From the NCBI RefSeq assembly GCF_006345805.1, contig NW_021827588.1, forward strand, positions 1 to 30,164: 30,164 nucleotides of DNA, given 5' to 3'. A program made the translations under genes and the position numbers. This document shows, in pieces, positions 10,737-21,616 of this stretch. The number at the start of each line of letters is the position of its first letter. The stretch's first letter is position 1. Source of the stretch: Octopus sinensis. Taxonomy: Eukaryota. The notes under the pieces were generated by a model. That model ran no database searches. It saw only the letters and a program-made list of their open reading frames with translations, and was not told the DNA's origin.

Positions 10737-12300
10737 TCAGTCGTGTTAGATGTTGACACAGTCATAAGAGAGCCTGAGCAAGAGCAAACATACAAATATT
10801 TAGGGATAAATGAAGGCTCTGGTATTCAGCATGCAAGCATGAAAGAGAAAATCAGGAAGGAATGTTATAGGAGAGTTCGTGCAGTCCTGAAATCTGAACT
10901 AAATGCACGTAACAAGGTGTTAGCTATAAATTCCTTAGCAGTTCCAGTTGTTACTTATATCTACAATGTGTTGAACTGGAATATGAGTGAAGTAAAGAAT
11001 ATAGATAGGAAAATACGAAAGCTGCTGAGTTGTAATAGGATGCACCACCCAAAGGCAGACGTAGATCGCCTTTACCTTCCCAGAGCCTAAGGAGGTCGAG
11101 GCCTGATCCAATTTGAACTAGCTTACAAAACAACCACAACTGGACTGGCTAAATATCTCGAATAACGAATGACTGGATGCTAAAGCTCGTGGAAAATCAC
11201 GAGAGACGAAAGAAGCTTCATTCTATCATAAAGGAACGCAAAAAATTTGCTATTGATCTCGTGCAGGATACCCAAACTGAACAACCCGAGGGAAGTACGG
11301 CAGCTATTGTTGCAAAGAAGGTAAAAATAATGGCAACGAAAAAAGCGCACGAGCAATTGGCTGATAGGTGGGAGGAGAAACCTCTGCACGGCAAATATGT
11401 GGCCCGCAGCAAACAAGCTGATGTTGACCAGAAGCAAACCCATCAGTGGCTACGGAGCTCAGGGCTAAAAGCAGAGAGCGAAGGTTTCATCCTGGCTGCT
11501 CAAGATCAAAGCCTATTAACCCGGAACTACCAGGCCAATGTGATGAAAAATGGAGCAGACCCAAAATGCCGATTCTGCAACGACATGATTGAAACAGTGG
11601 ACCACCTAATCTCTGGATGTAAAGTCTTAGCACCAGTGGAGTATAAATTAAGACATGACAGAGTTGGCCATATCTCCACTGGCTAATAAGTCGGCATTAC
11701 AATATCAAAACTGCCGACAAGTGGTATAATCACCACCCTGAGGCTGTAACTGAAGGAGAAAATGTAACCATTCTGTGCGACTTTCCAGTACATACAGACC
11801 GAACCATCAAGGCCAATAAACCAGATATTGTTGTGAAAGACCAAAACAATAAAGTCTGCTTATTGATCGACATGAGCATCCCCTGTGATCATAATATCTC
11901 GGCGAAACAGTTTGACAAGCTCAGAAAATATAAAGACCTACTCATTGAAATTGAGAAAATGTGGCATCTCAAGGCGGTTACAATACCAGTGATCGTAGGA
12001 GCACTAGGAATGATCAAGAAGGGAACCGAAAATTATATGAGAATGATCCCTGGCTTACCATCCCTGCAAGAAGTGCAAAAGATTGTCTTAACTGGTACAT
12101 CACACGTATTGAGAAGAGCATTGTCGATGTGAGAACTGTTGCTGCTCATGTATTTTAATTTAACTTTTTAAAAAAAAAAAATGAACGAACTACTGAGTTT
12201 GGTTTAATGGCCTACCAATGTATACTATGAGTTTCTTTGCCCTAGGAGTCGGGAAGACACTCGGCAAGAAATGGAAGCAAATTGAAAGAAGGAAAAAAAG
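10737..12300 (+). mobile_element. 5'-truncated R4/Dong-clade non-LTR retrotransposon, copy 1 (end of RT, thumb, CCHC, restriction-like endonuclease, 3' UTR)
   Basis: YKYLG (end of RT); HPKADVDRLYLPR.*GGRGL; CRFC...ETVDHLISGC zinc knuckle; RHD; KPDIVV...LIDMSIP...K..KY (PD-D/E-K type endonuclease); IPVIVGALG. Flanked by (AAT)n on both sides. Nonsense codon at 11087-11089 and two frameshifts. Confidence 0.92.
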
Positions 12301-12317
12301 TAATAATAATAATAATA

Positions 12318-12354
<37 letters not shown>

Positions 12355-12400
12355 ATAATAATAATAATAATAATAATAATATATAATAATAATAATAATA

Positions 12401-12460
<60 letters not shown>

Positions 12461-12552
12461 TGATGATAATAATAATGATGGTGATAATAATAATAATAAT
12501 GATGATGATGATGATAATAATAATAATAATAACAATGATAATAATGGTAATG

Positions 12553-12583
<31 letters not shown>

Positions 12584-12638
12584 TAATAATAATAATAATA
12601 ATATAATAATAATAAGAGTAATAATAATAATGATGATG

Positions 12639-12672
<34 letters not shown>

Positions 12673-12936
12673 TGATAATAATAATAATAACAATGATGAT
12701 AATAATAATAATATAATAATATAATAATAATAATAATGAATAATAATAATATAATAATAATAATAATGATAATATAATAATAATGATAATAATAATGAAT
12801 AATAATAATAATAATAATGATAATAATGATAATAATAATAATAATAATATAATATTATAATAATAATAATAATAATAATAATATAATAATAATAATAGTA
12901 ATAATAATGATAATAATAATAATAATAATGATGATG

Positions 12937-12989
<53 letters not shown>

Positions 12990-13011
12990 TAATAATAATA
13001 ATAATAATAAT
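12301..13011. repeat. Imperfect (AAT)n between the two R4/Dong copies
   Basis: Direct reading. Contains the same diagnostic interruptions (gatggtgat, aatggtaat, aagagtaat) as 10030-10180. Confidence 0.98.
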
Positions 13012-14575
13012 TCAGTCGTGTTAGATGTTGACACAGTCATAAGAGAGCCTGAGCAAGAGCAAACATACAAATATTTAGGGATAAATGAAGGCTCTGGTAT
13101 TCAGCATGCAAGCATGAAAGAGAAAATCAGGAAGGAATGTTATAGGAGAGTTCGTGCAGTCCTGAAATCTGAACTAAATGCACGTAACAAGGTGTTAGCT
13201 ATAATTCCTTAGCAGTTCCAGTTGTTACTTATATCTACAATGTGTTGAACTGGAATATGAGTGAAGTAAAGAATATAGATAGGAAAATACGAAAGCTGCT
13301 GAGTTGTAATAGGATGCACCACCCAAAGGCAGACGTAGATCGCCTTTACCTTCCCAGAGCCTAAGGAGGTCGAGGCCTGATCCAATTTGAACTAGCTTAC
13401 AAAACAACCACAACTGGACTGGCTAAATATCTCGAATAACGAATGACTGGATGCTAAAGCTCGTGGAAAATCACGAGAGACGAAAGAAGCTTCATTCTAT
13501 CATAAAGGAACGCAAAAAATTTGCTATTGATCTCGTGCAGGATACCCAAACTGAACAACCCGAGGGAAGTACGGCAGCTATTGTTGCAAAGAAGGTAAAA
13601 ATAATGGCAACGAAAAAAGCGCACGAGCAATTGGCTGATAGGTGGGAGGAGAAACCTCTGCACGGCAAATATGTGGCCCGCAGCAAACAAGCTGATGTTG
13701 ACCAGAAGCAAACCCATCAGTGGCTACGGAGCTCAGGGCTAAAAGCAGAGAGCGAAGGTTTCATCCTGGCTGCTCAAGATCAAAGCCTATTAACCCGGAA
13801 CTACCAGGCCAATGTGATGAAAAATGGAGCAGACCCAAAATGCCGATTCTGCAACGACATGATTGAAACAGTGGACCACCTAATCTCTGGATGTAAAGTC
13901 TTAGCACCAGTGGAGTATAAATTAAGACATGACAGAGTTGGCCAATATCTCCACTGGCTAATAAGTCGGCATTACAATATCAAAACTGCCGACAAGTGGT
14001 ATAATCACCACCCTGAGGCTGTAACTGAAGGAGAAAATGTAACCATTCTGTGCGACTTTCCAGTACATACAGACCGAACCATCAAGGCCAATAAACCAGA
14101 TATTGTTGTGAAAGACCAAAACAATAAAGTCTGCTTATTGATCGACATGAGCATCCCCTGTGATCATAATATCTCGGCGAAACAGTTTGACAAGCTCAGA
14201 AAATATAAAGACCTACTCATTGAAATTGAGAAAATGTGGCATCTCAAGGCGGTTACAATACCAGTGATCGTAGGAGCACTAGGAATGATCAAGAAGGGAA
14301 CCGAAAATTATATGAGAATGATCCCTGGCTTACCATCCCTGCAAGAAGTGCAAAAGATTGTCTTAACTGGTACATCACACGTATTGAGAAGAGCATTGTC
14401 GATGTGAGAACTGTTGCTGCTCATGTATTTTAATTTAACTTTTTAAAAAAAAAAAATGAACGAACTACTGAGTTTGGTTTAATGGCCTACCAATGTATAC
14501 TATGAGTTTCTTTGCCCTAGGAGTCGGGAAGACACTCGGCAAGAAATGGAAGCAAATTGAAAGAAGGAAAAAAAG
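13012..14575 (+). mobile_element. 5'-truncated R4/Dong-clade non-LTR retrotransposon, copy 2 (near-identical to copy 1, offset 2275 bp)
   Basis: Same truncation point and 3' end. The 318-aa ORF 13451-14407 holds the uninterrupted CCHC and RLE domains. Confidence 0.92.
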
Positions 14576-14592
14576 TAATAATAATAATAATA

Positions 14593-14657
<65 letters not shown>

Positions 14658-14664
14658 TAATAAT

Positions 14665-14732
<68 letters not shown>

Positions 14733-14794
14733 TGATGATGATGATAATAATAATAATAATAATATTAATAGTAATAATAATAATAATAATAATG

Positions 14795-14827
<33 letters not shown>

Positions 14828-14841
14828 GTAATAATAATGAT
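14576..14841. repeat. (AAT)n microsatellite
   Basis: Direct reading. Confidence 0.97.
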
Positions 14842-15054
14842 AACTTCTACTAAAGGCAGAAGGCCTGAAATATGGGGAAGGATGATTAGTCAATTACAAT
14901 GACCCCAGTGTTTCACTGATAGTTAATTTATTGACCCTGAAAGGATGAAAGTCAAAGTCTACCTTGGTGGAATTTGAACTCAGAACATAAAGGTGAATAA
15001 AATGCTGCTAAGCATTTTCTCCAATGTGCTAATGTTTCTGCCAACTTGCCGCCA
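14842..15054 (-). mobile_element. tRNA-derived SINE (same family as 25743-26574), diverged
   Basis: Reverse complement: ggcggcaagttggcagaaacattagcacattggagaaaatgcttagcagcatt...ttctgagttcaaattccaccaaggtagactttgactttcatcctttcagggtcaataaattaact. Confidence 0.85.
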
Positions 15055-15062
15055 TAATGATA

Positions 15063-15097
<35 letters not shown>

Positions 15098-15110
15098 GAT
15101 AAAAATAATC

Positions 15111-15318
15111 TCAAATCGTTGGCACTTGTGCCATCAATTTTGGTAAAGTGGAATATATAGTCCATTAATCAACCCCAGTACTCAACTGGTACCTATTTTA
15201 CTGACCCTAACAGGATGAAAGGCAAAGTCAGCTTCATGGTAATCAGAATTTGGAATGTAAAGTCAGAAGAAATGCTACTAAGCGTTTTGCCTGATGTGCT
15301 CACATTTCCGTCACCTTA
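15111..15318 (-). mobile_element. tRNA-derived SINE, same family, more diverged
   Basis: Reverse complement contains ctgactttgcctttcatcctgttagggtcagtaaaataggtaccagttgagtactggggttgatt. Confidence 0.75.
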
Positions 15319-15861
15319 ACAACAATAACAACAACAATACTAATAATAAAATGTGCTGTTTAGCCCTTGGTCAACCCTGACTGTGCAGGCCTCAGATCAA
15401 AAGCATTCTAGCTGTGACCATCCTGTCTTTTTCCTATTTGCAGTGACCATATAACCATGTGAGTTCACATGTCCTTGTTTTAAGATACGAGGCAGATGTG
15501 GCTGCTACATCTAACAGACCTAACCACCACATACACGATCTCTCATTGGTTCATTATTAGCTTGTGCAAATAAATAGACAGGAACAGTTTGACAGGACCC
15601 TGCTTAGATTTTCAGTAGACGCATCAGATAGCATTTTTATCTGATGTACTTACTACTACCACAGATAACTGTGGTTGTTCAATAGGATTGAGTATTGGGT
15701 ATATCTATTGATGAGGGGGTCTATTCATATCCATTCCCTGTCTTCAGTCATCATATGTTGTCAGAATCATAAGGATGCCTTCCTCACACTCATATTTGGG
15801 TATTTTAAACATGATGTAGCAAACCCCTCTCTCTGTCAAACCACAGTGGAAATCTTTCAAA

Positions 15862-15950
15862 GAAAAAGAGAGAAAGAGAGAGAGAGAGAGAGAGTGTGAG
15901 AGAGAGAGAGGGTGGGAGAGAGAGAGAGAGAGGGAGAGAATGAGAGAGTG
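15862..15950. repeat. (GA)n-rich microsatellite
   Basis: Direct reading. Confidence 0.9.
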
Positions 15951-15974
15951 CAAAATATAATGATGTATTCCTTT

Positions 15975-16090
15975 CAGTACCTGATGTTGTATTGAAAGAA
16001 TGAAAAAGCAAAGTTGACGTTGATGGGATTTGAACTCAGGGCACAGAATGCCAGAATGGCTACTTCAATACATTCTAAGCAATCCGCTAA
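15975..16090 (-). mobile_element. Degraded SINE 5' fragment
   Basis: Reverse complement has ctgagttcaaatcccatcaacgtcaactttgctttttcattctttc (B-box plus central domain). Confidence 0.55.
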
Positions 16091-17257
16091 CAATCCTGTC
16101 GAACCCCCAAGTAACAACTGGCAGGTATTTAATGCATGGAACATGCTTAGATGGAGTTGAAAGGCAAGATGAGGTAATCCCTGTTTTTCTTTACCAGAGA
16201 GTGTTGCTAATTAAACCATCACCCATGTTGCTAATTGCACTTTAATTAGCAGATCGTTCGCAGTCATTATCTACTGTGTTAACATTTCCTTTATTTACAT
16301 TTGACAGCAGTTCATTATAAAAAATCTATTTGAAATGTCTCATCTTGTCAATCGGTTTCTACTATTTGGTTATTAATAACCAAATTTTGAATATGTTTTC
16401 ATAATGATGCCTTTAATGGACTTATGTCTGCAAGTTTATTTGAAGTATGATAATTTTTTTTGTTTTTATTCCAGTTTGTGAATTTGTTTCATATTAAAAT
16501 TCTGCATGAAGTCACTACCTTTTACCCCCTTAATACATTTTGTTTGATTTTTAAATTTAAAAATTTAAAACAAGATAAAAAGAAAAGAAAAACAGTTTTC
16601 ATTAGGAGCAGTGTTATATATTTTTTAATATAGAAATGAGAAATTTAAAAGCAAATATTTGAACAGCATTGTTAATAACAACAACATTGTGTAATTCCTT
16701 CTGTCAAATATAATTCTTCAGAAAAGAACATGCATTATCAATGTATTCTGTTTTTAATTTAATTATTTCTTCTCAATTCAAATTAGCTGTTTTCAAATTA
16801 TTTCAGAGATTGCACTTGTGTAGATAATGCAACACTTAAGGGACATTGATAATTGAACAAGACAAGTTTACATATTTTCAGTTAATAATCTCATTACTTA
16901 ATTTCAACAGGAATAATCCTTTACAAGAGTCTTCCCCATGACCACCACCTGTCCTCCCGCTCATCCTTCCACACTTCTCTTCAGGCTAAAAAATTATTCT
17001 CATTTTCAGTTTTCACAGGAAGCAAACGAATGTATCTGCCAATAATTTCCCAAACATATTTTTGATATTGTTGAGCAAACACAACTGACTAAAATCATCA
17101 TTATTATTATATTATTATTATTATTATATAACATATTGAATTCTTCAGGCTGGAATTACCTATAAAATATTTATATTGGAGTATTAGAGTGGATGGGGAT
17201 GGGGGGAAGGAAGAATATTTTAAAATCCTTCATTTACTGATGAAGTAATTTTAATTA

Positions 17258-17799
17258 CACAAGACCCGGCAGGACAAGTGAGACCATAACCCGTGGCCTC
17301 TACACGGGATGTAGCCAGTCCACTTATGCATACCGCTCCTTCTTGGGACACAAAACTCTACTTGTGAAGACCTGTTGAGGCAAGTGAGAATCGTAATCGA
17401 TCAGCATCAATGGAAATTGCAGCTGTGATACTAGTGCCTGTGGCACGTAAGTGAACCATCCGAACGTGGCCGTTGCCAGTGCCGCCCCGACTGGCCTCAT
17501 GCCGGTGGCACGTAAAAAGCACCATCCGTTCGTGGCCATTTGCCAGACTCGCCTGGCCCCCGTGCCGGTGGCACGTAAAAAGCACCATCCAATCGTGGCC
17601 GTTTGCCAGACGGGTCTGGCACCTGTGCCGGTGGCACGTAAAAAGCACCCACTACACTCAAGGAGTGGTTGGCGTTAGGAAGGGCATCCAGCCGTAGAAA
17701 CATTGCCAGATCAGACTGGGCCTGCTGGCTTCCCAGACCCCAGTTGAACCGTCCAACCCATGCCAGCATGGAAAGCGGACGCTAAACGATGATGATGAT
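17258..17799 (+). mobile_element. RTE-clade LINE 3' UTR with a 4-unit ~63-bp internal array and (GAT)n tail
   Basis: Homologous to the UTR following the RTE ORF end at 24013-24288. Has the ggcgttaggaagggcatccagc motif and ends gctaaacgatgatgatgat. Confidence 0.85.
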
Positions 17800-17959
17800 T
17801 ATGAATTTTATGAGTTCAAATAAACAAAAGACACTGGAACGCCATCCTTCTCCACCGCCATTAATACAAAGATAATGAAGAACATAATCCAACCAACATC
17901 TATTTCACAAAGACACAAATATTAAAGTAAACAATATTCTAGAAAAAAACTTTCTTATT

Positions 17960-19270
17960 TGTTTTTTGTTTTTTGGTTTTTCAAAGAATTTCATTCTCGT
18001 TGCTTTCTTTGAAATGTACAGTCCAGTTTTTCCTTATTCTTGTTCCAAACAATTCCGTCAATTTCTCGACTCTCTCTCTCTCCAACAGTACTGCTCTTTC
18101 CTCGCTACCAAACACCTCTTCATCCAGTCTTACTCTTATTAAATTCTTCACCTTTGCAATCTTTTCCTCAATTCACACAATCTTATCGTAAATTATCATC
18201 ATTCAGTCGGCTGCTTTCTTTGCCTCACATATTCCATTCTCCTCCTTACTTCCCCTTTCCACTCCTCATATTTCTCCTCTTTGTCTATTTCTTCTCTCCT
18301 TCTTGTTGTTGGCTCTGGGGTTCGATTTTCACTCGTCTCTTTTCTCTACTAATTTTTTCTCTTGTACTTTTACCGCTTTTTTCTTCTTTTTCAGTTTTGG
18401 GCGGTGACTCCGCACTTGTTCTTTTTCTGCCCCCTATTTCCTCCTCCTTTTCCTCCACCACTATTACTTCCTCCACCTCTGCTTAGTTCTCCGTTCTTTC
18501 CTCGTCTCTGGGGACACCTTGCCTTCATGTGTCCTCTTGTACCGCAATTATAACATACTGGAGGATTCCCCTCCACCACAATTCTCAGCCGGGTGTCATC
18601 GGGGAGCACCAACTCCTCTGCTATCTTGTGCAAGTCAAGCAGGGTTATATGGATCAAGATTTCCAGTCTAAATCCCCATCAGTTTATCTCAGCCAATTTT
18701 GCCACCTTGATAATCTTGGTCTCCTCCTCACAGTTGTACAGGATAGCTTCCAACAGCCATTCCTCCTCTACTTTGGGTGGCACTCTCCCTATCTGTACTC
18801 TTGCCACTCTTTTACCACATTAGGTTGGCAAAAGTGCCCACCTGGCTGATCTCAACAGCATCGTGGAGTACTTTTCATTTCCTCCTCCTCGTTCACGAAG
18901 TGAACCTCCACCGTGCCGTACTTCCTTCCCCGAGTATAAAACGTCGTTACTCCCTTCACTTCGCTCAGGCATTCCTCTGCTACTTCCACTCTTTTTGTTT
19001 CTACATCCAGCATTCTGTATATTATTATTTTCCTCTCTGCTCTTTCCATCGCTTCTCCCGGGGGTATCAGCCTAAGGCAGTCTCCCTCTTTTTTAGATAA
19101 TCCTTGTACTTTCCGAAATCCTTCTGCTCCAACACCAATTCTTTCAATCGCAGAATGTCAGCTGGCAGGCTTTTGCCCGCCACCGCGGCGTAACTGCCTA
19201 TTCGTTGTTCCTCTATTTCACCCAAAAATGGGGAAGAAAAAGAAACAACATTAACAACAATTAACAAATC
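17960..19270 (-). pseudogene. Non-LTR retrotransposon ORF1-like (L1/Tx1-type gag-like) pseudogene
   Basis: Joined frames: SYAAVAG motif; RKYGTVEVHF; RVQIGRVPPKVEEEWLLEAIL; VVEGNPPVCYNCGTRGHMKARC (CX2CX4HX4C knuckle); then an E/K-rich tail with KRTSAESPPK. In-frame stops and frameshifts. No ORF2 follows. Confidence 0.75.
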
Positions 19271-19904
19271 TCAAAAATATAACAGTATCCAAAGTACAAC
19301 AATGCACAACTCGCATCGACAATGCTATTCAAATTTTCTAAGACCCACAAAAGAAAAACAACATTATTTCATTACTTAAACATGCAATTGGTTGTTGTTA
19401 ATAGAAATTCAAACGCGCCGGTTTCAAATTCCCTTAAGCTTATACAATTTTATTACAACCATTTTTATTTCTATACACTTTCAAAGAGTAGATGAAAACC
19501 TATGGTTGCAGAAAGGGATCACCTCAGCAAATTTAAAGTTTTGGGCCCAAAAAACTTAAGGATGGAAGGGATTCCTTAACACATAGCTTATACTTATTTA
19601 TATTTACTCTGAAGTAAGGGTCCCTCAAAATAACAGACCATTCCAAAGAATATCTTTTCTCATTACTCTTTAAACCATGTATATAGAGGCAGTGTATTAG
19701 AATTAAAGGTGGGCCCTATGCCTACTGTACTGCCTTTATAAAATTTATCTAAATTACCCTCCTCTTTAGCAACGCATGACTAATCTAAAAGTTAAACCAG
19801 CAGACTAGTTCAAATTTTCTGACACCCAGCCACCAAAAAAACGAATTATTTTATTGCTAATCATGCAGGTGGTCGTTGTTAATAGAAATCCAAACCGTAT
19901 TAAC

Positions 19905-19972
19905 ATACACATATACACATATATTTGTATATACATATATATACACATACACACACCCTATATTTGTATATA
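19905..19972. repeat. (TA/CA)n tract
   Basis: Direct reading. Confidence 0.8.
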
Positions 19973-19973
19973 G

Positions 19974-20066
19974 CCGAGCCGCCGAGCCGAGCCGCCGAGC
20001 CGAGCCGAGCCGAGCCGAGCCGAGCCGAGCCGAGCCGAGCCGAGTCGAGCCGAGCCGAGCGAGCCC
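19974..20066. repeat. (CCGAG)n GC-rich pentanucleotide repeat
   Basis: gccgagccgccgagccgagccgccgagccgagccgag...gtcgagccgagccgagcgagcc. Confidence 0.95.
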
Positions 20067-20104
20067 TGGCCCCATAGCGCTCATTGGGGTCGTAGCCTTG
20101 GACG

Positions 20105-20228
20105 TGAGCCTCCACAGGTCTTCGCAAGCAGAGTTTAGTGTCCAATGAAGGAAAGGTACGCATAAGTAGGCTGGTTACACCCGCTGGCATAGGCCATGAG
20201 GTTATGGTCTCACTTGGCTTGTAACCCA
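20105..20228 (-). mobile_element. Internal fragment of an RTE 3' UTR (homologous to 17275-17385)
   Basis: Reverse complement aagtgagaccataacctcatggcctatgccagcgggtgtaaccagcctacttatgcgtacctttccttcattggacactaaactctgcttgcgaagacctgtggaggc versus aagtgagaccataacccgtggcctc...cacttatgcatacc...gaagacctgttgaggc. Confidence 0.8.
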
Positions 20229-20779
20229 TAAAAGCCCTCAATGACTCAACAGAGCTCAGAAACACGTCCTCCTCCGCCACGTCACCTTCAACACCATGGA
20301 GTTATCTAAACTAATACAGAACTCTGAATTAATTAGTCATGGTTCTAACAACGGAATGCTCACACCGAACCTGATCATGTCAAGACTACATCACTCACTT
20401 CTGACATTTCCTTTTATTTTTAACTGGTTCCAATCAGACTGTGGCCATACTGGAGCACTGATTTCAGAGTTTTATTTGATTTTATTCAGACTTGTACTTT
20501 TGTACTTTTCACTGGTGGTGTTGGTGATGGCAGTGGCGGAAGTTTGACCAAACCCCTCAGATACCAAAAGATAAGTTCATTAAAAAGACAAACAAATAAA
20601 AAAAAAACAGTAAAGACAATAAAAGTTGAAAAGCTTTTTTCTTTCTTTCGAAATGGTTTCTCATTCGATGGTTGATGCGATGAAAGGAGACTGAATGAAT
20701 TTTGTTAACTTTTAGTCATGGTTTGGGCCAAAGTTTATTAATTTGCATCTCTTAATGCTAATTAATTATTAGAAGCCAT

Positions 20780-20937
20780 GAGTGCAGGTGTGGCTTTGTG
20801 GTTGGGAAGTTGGCTTCCCACTCATATGATCCTGGGTTCAGTCCCACTGTGTGGCACCTTGGGCAAGTGTCTTCTACTACATCCCCAGACCAAGCACAGC
20901 CTTGGGAGTGGATTTGGTAGACAGAAACTGAAAGAAG
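20780..20937 (+). mobile_element. tRNA-derived SINE 5' half with CORE-like central domain
   Basis: tggctttgtgg (A box), gggttcagtccc (B box), then ggcaccttgggcaagtgtcttctac, resembling the CORE domain. Same family as 28854-29232. Confidence 0.85.
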
Positions 20938-21038
20938 GTGGCGTGCTGGCAGAAACGTTAGCACGCCGGCGAAATGCTTAGCGGTATTTCATCTGCCGCT
21001 ACGTTCTGTGTTCAAATTCCACCGTGGTCGCCATTGCC
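20938..21038 (+). mobile_element. 5' head of the second SINE family, abutting the previous SINE
   Basis: gctggcagaaacgttagcacgccggcgaaatgcttagcggtatttcatctgccgctacgttctgtgttcaaattcc matches 25743-25830. Confidence 0.85.
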
Positions 21039-21091
21039 TGAAGGCAAAACTGCACCACAAATGGGTTTCAATTCCTATATATATATATACC

Positions 21092-21292
21092 TTTTATCTT
21101 TTACTTTTGTCATTTGACTGCAGCTATGCTGGGGCATATGGAATATGAAAGAGAGAGATAAGAAGGGTTTTAGTCGAACAATTGTTTTTAAGGTCTGGTA
21201 CTTATTCTATTGGTCTCCTTTGCACCAAACCTCAAAGTTATGGGGAATGTAAACACACCAACACTGGTTGTCAACTGGCGGTAAAGAGACTT
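21092..21292 (-). mobile_element. 3' half of the CORE-like SINE
   Basis: gtcatttgactgcagctatgctgggg...tagtcgaac...gtacttattctattggtctc...acaccaacactggttgtcaa, as in 28854-29010. Confidence 0.75.
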
Positions 21293-21299
21293 GCTTTAA

Positions 21300-21490
21300 C
21301 AAAAGGTGAGGGGCGCCTCACTCCCAGTGGTCTTTCAGCACGCCGGACACCATCCCGGAATTTCTGCGTACCCGTGCTAACATTTATTGGATGGCCGTTG
21401 ACTCTCAAGAGGTCCTCCGCCCTTTGACGGGTTTTGTTTTTCATCCCGCAGGGTGTCCAATAAACACCCTCCTCACCAAGCAAGCTTGTA
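21300..21490. mobile_element. GC-rich structured fragment, possibly a LINE 5' leader
   Basis: Locally GC-rich with several hairpins (gtgagg/cctcac, gggtgt/acaccc, cggg/cccg). Family assignment is inference only. Confidence 0.3.
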
Positions 21491-21616
21491 TTGGGTTACA
21501 TGTTACCAATAGCACTCGAAAGTGACCTGACTGCTACGTACATATGAACTAACTGTTCATGATATATATCGAAAAATCACTAGTCATACGAAAAAATCAA
21601 AAATGAATTCACTTAC

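Noticed and set aside
9824-10795. Long poly-N/D/I/Y/L ORFs, and similar YI/YVCM/IYLS ORFs elsewhere
   Set aside because: Stop-free translation of (AAT)n, (TA)n, (TATG)n and (TATC)n microsatellites. No coding evidence.
17434-17650. CRISPR array
   Set aside because: Eukaryotic context, the spacers are homologous to one another, the array lies inside an RTE UTR, and there are no cas genes.
20066-20095. HDV-like ribozyme starting at ggcccca
   Set aside because: Only 10 nt separate the P1 strands, too few to hold P2, P3 and L3.
20780-20850. tRNA genes at A/B-box-containing segments
   Set aside because: No complete cloverleaf. These are SINE heads.
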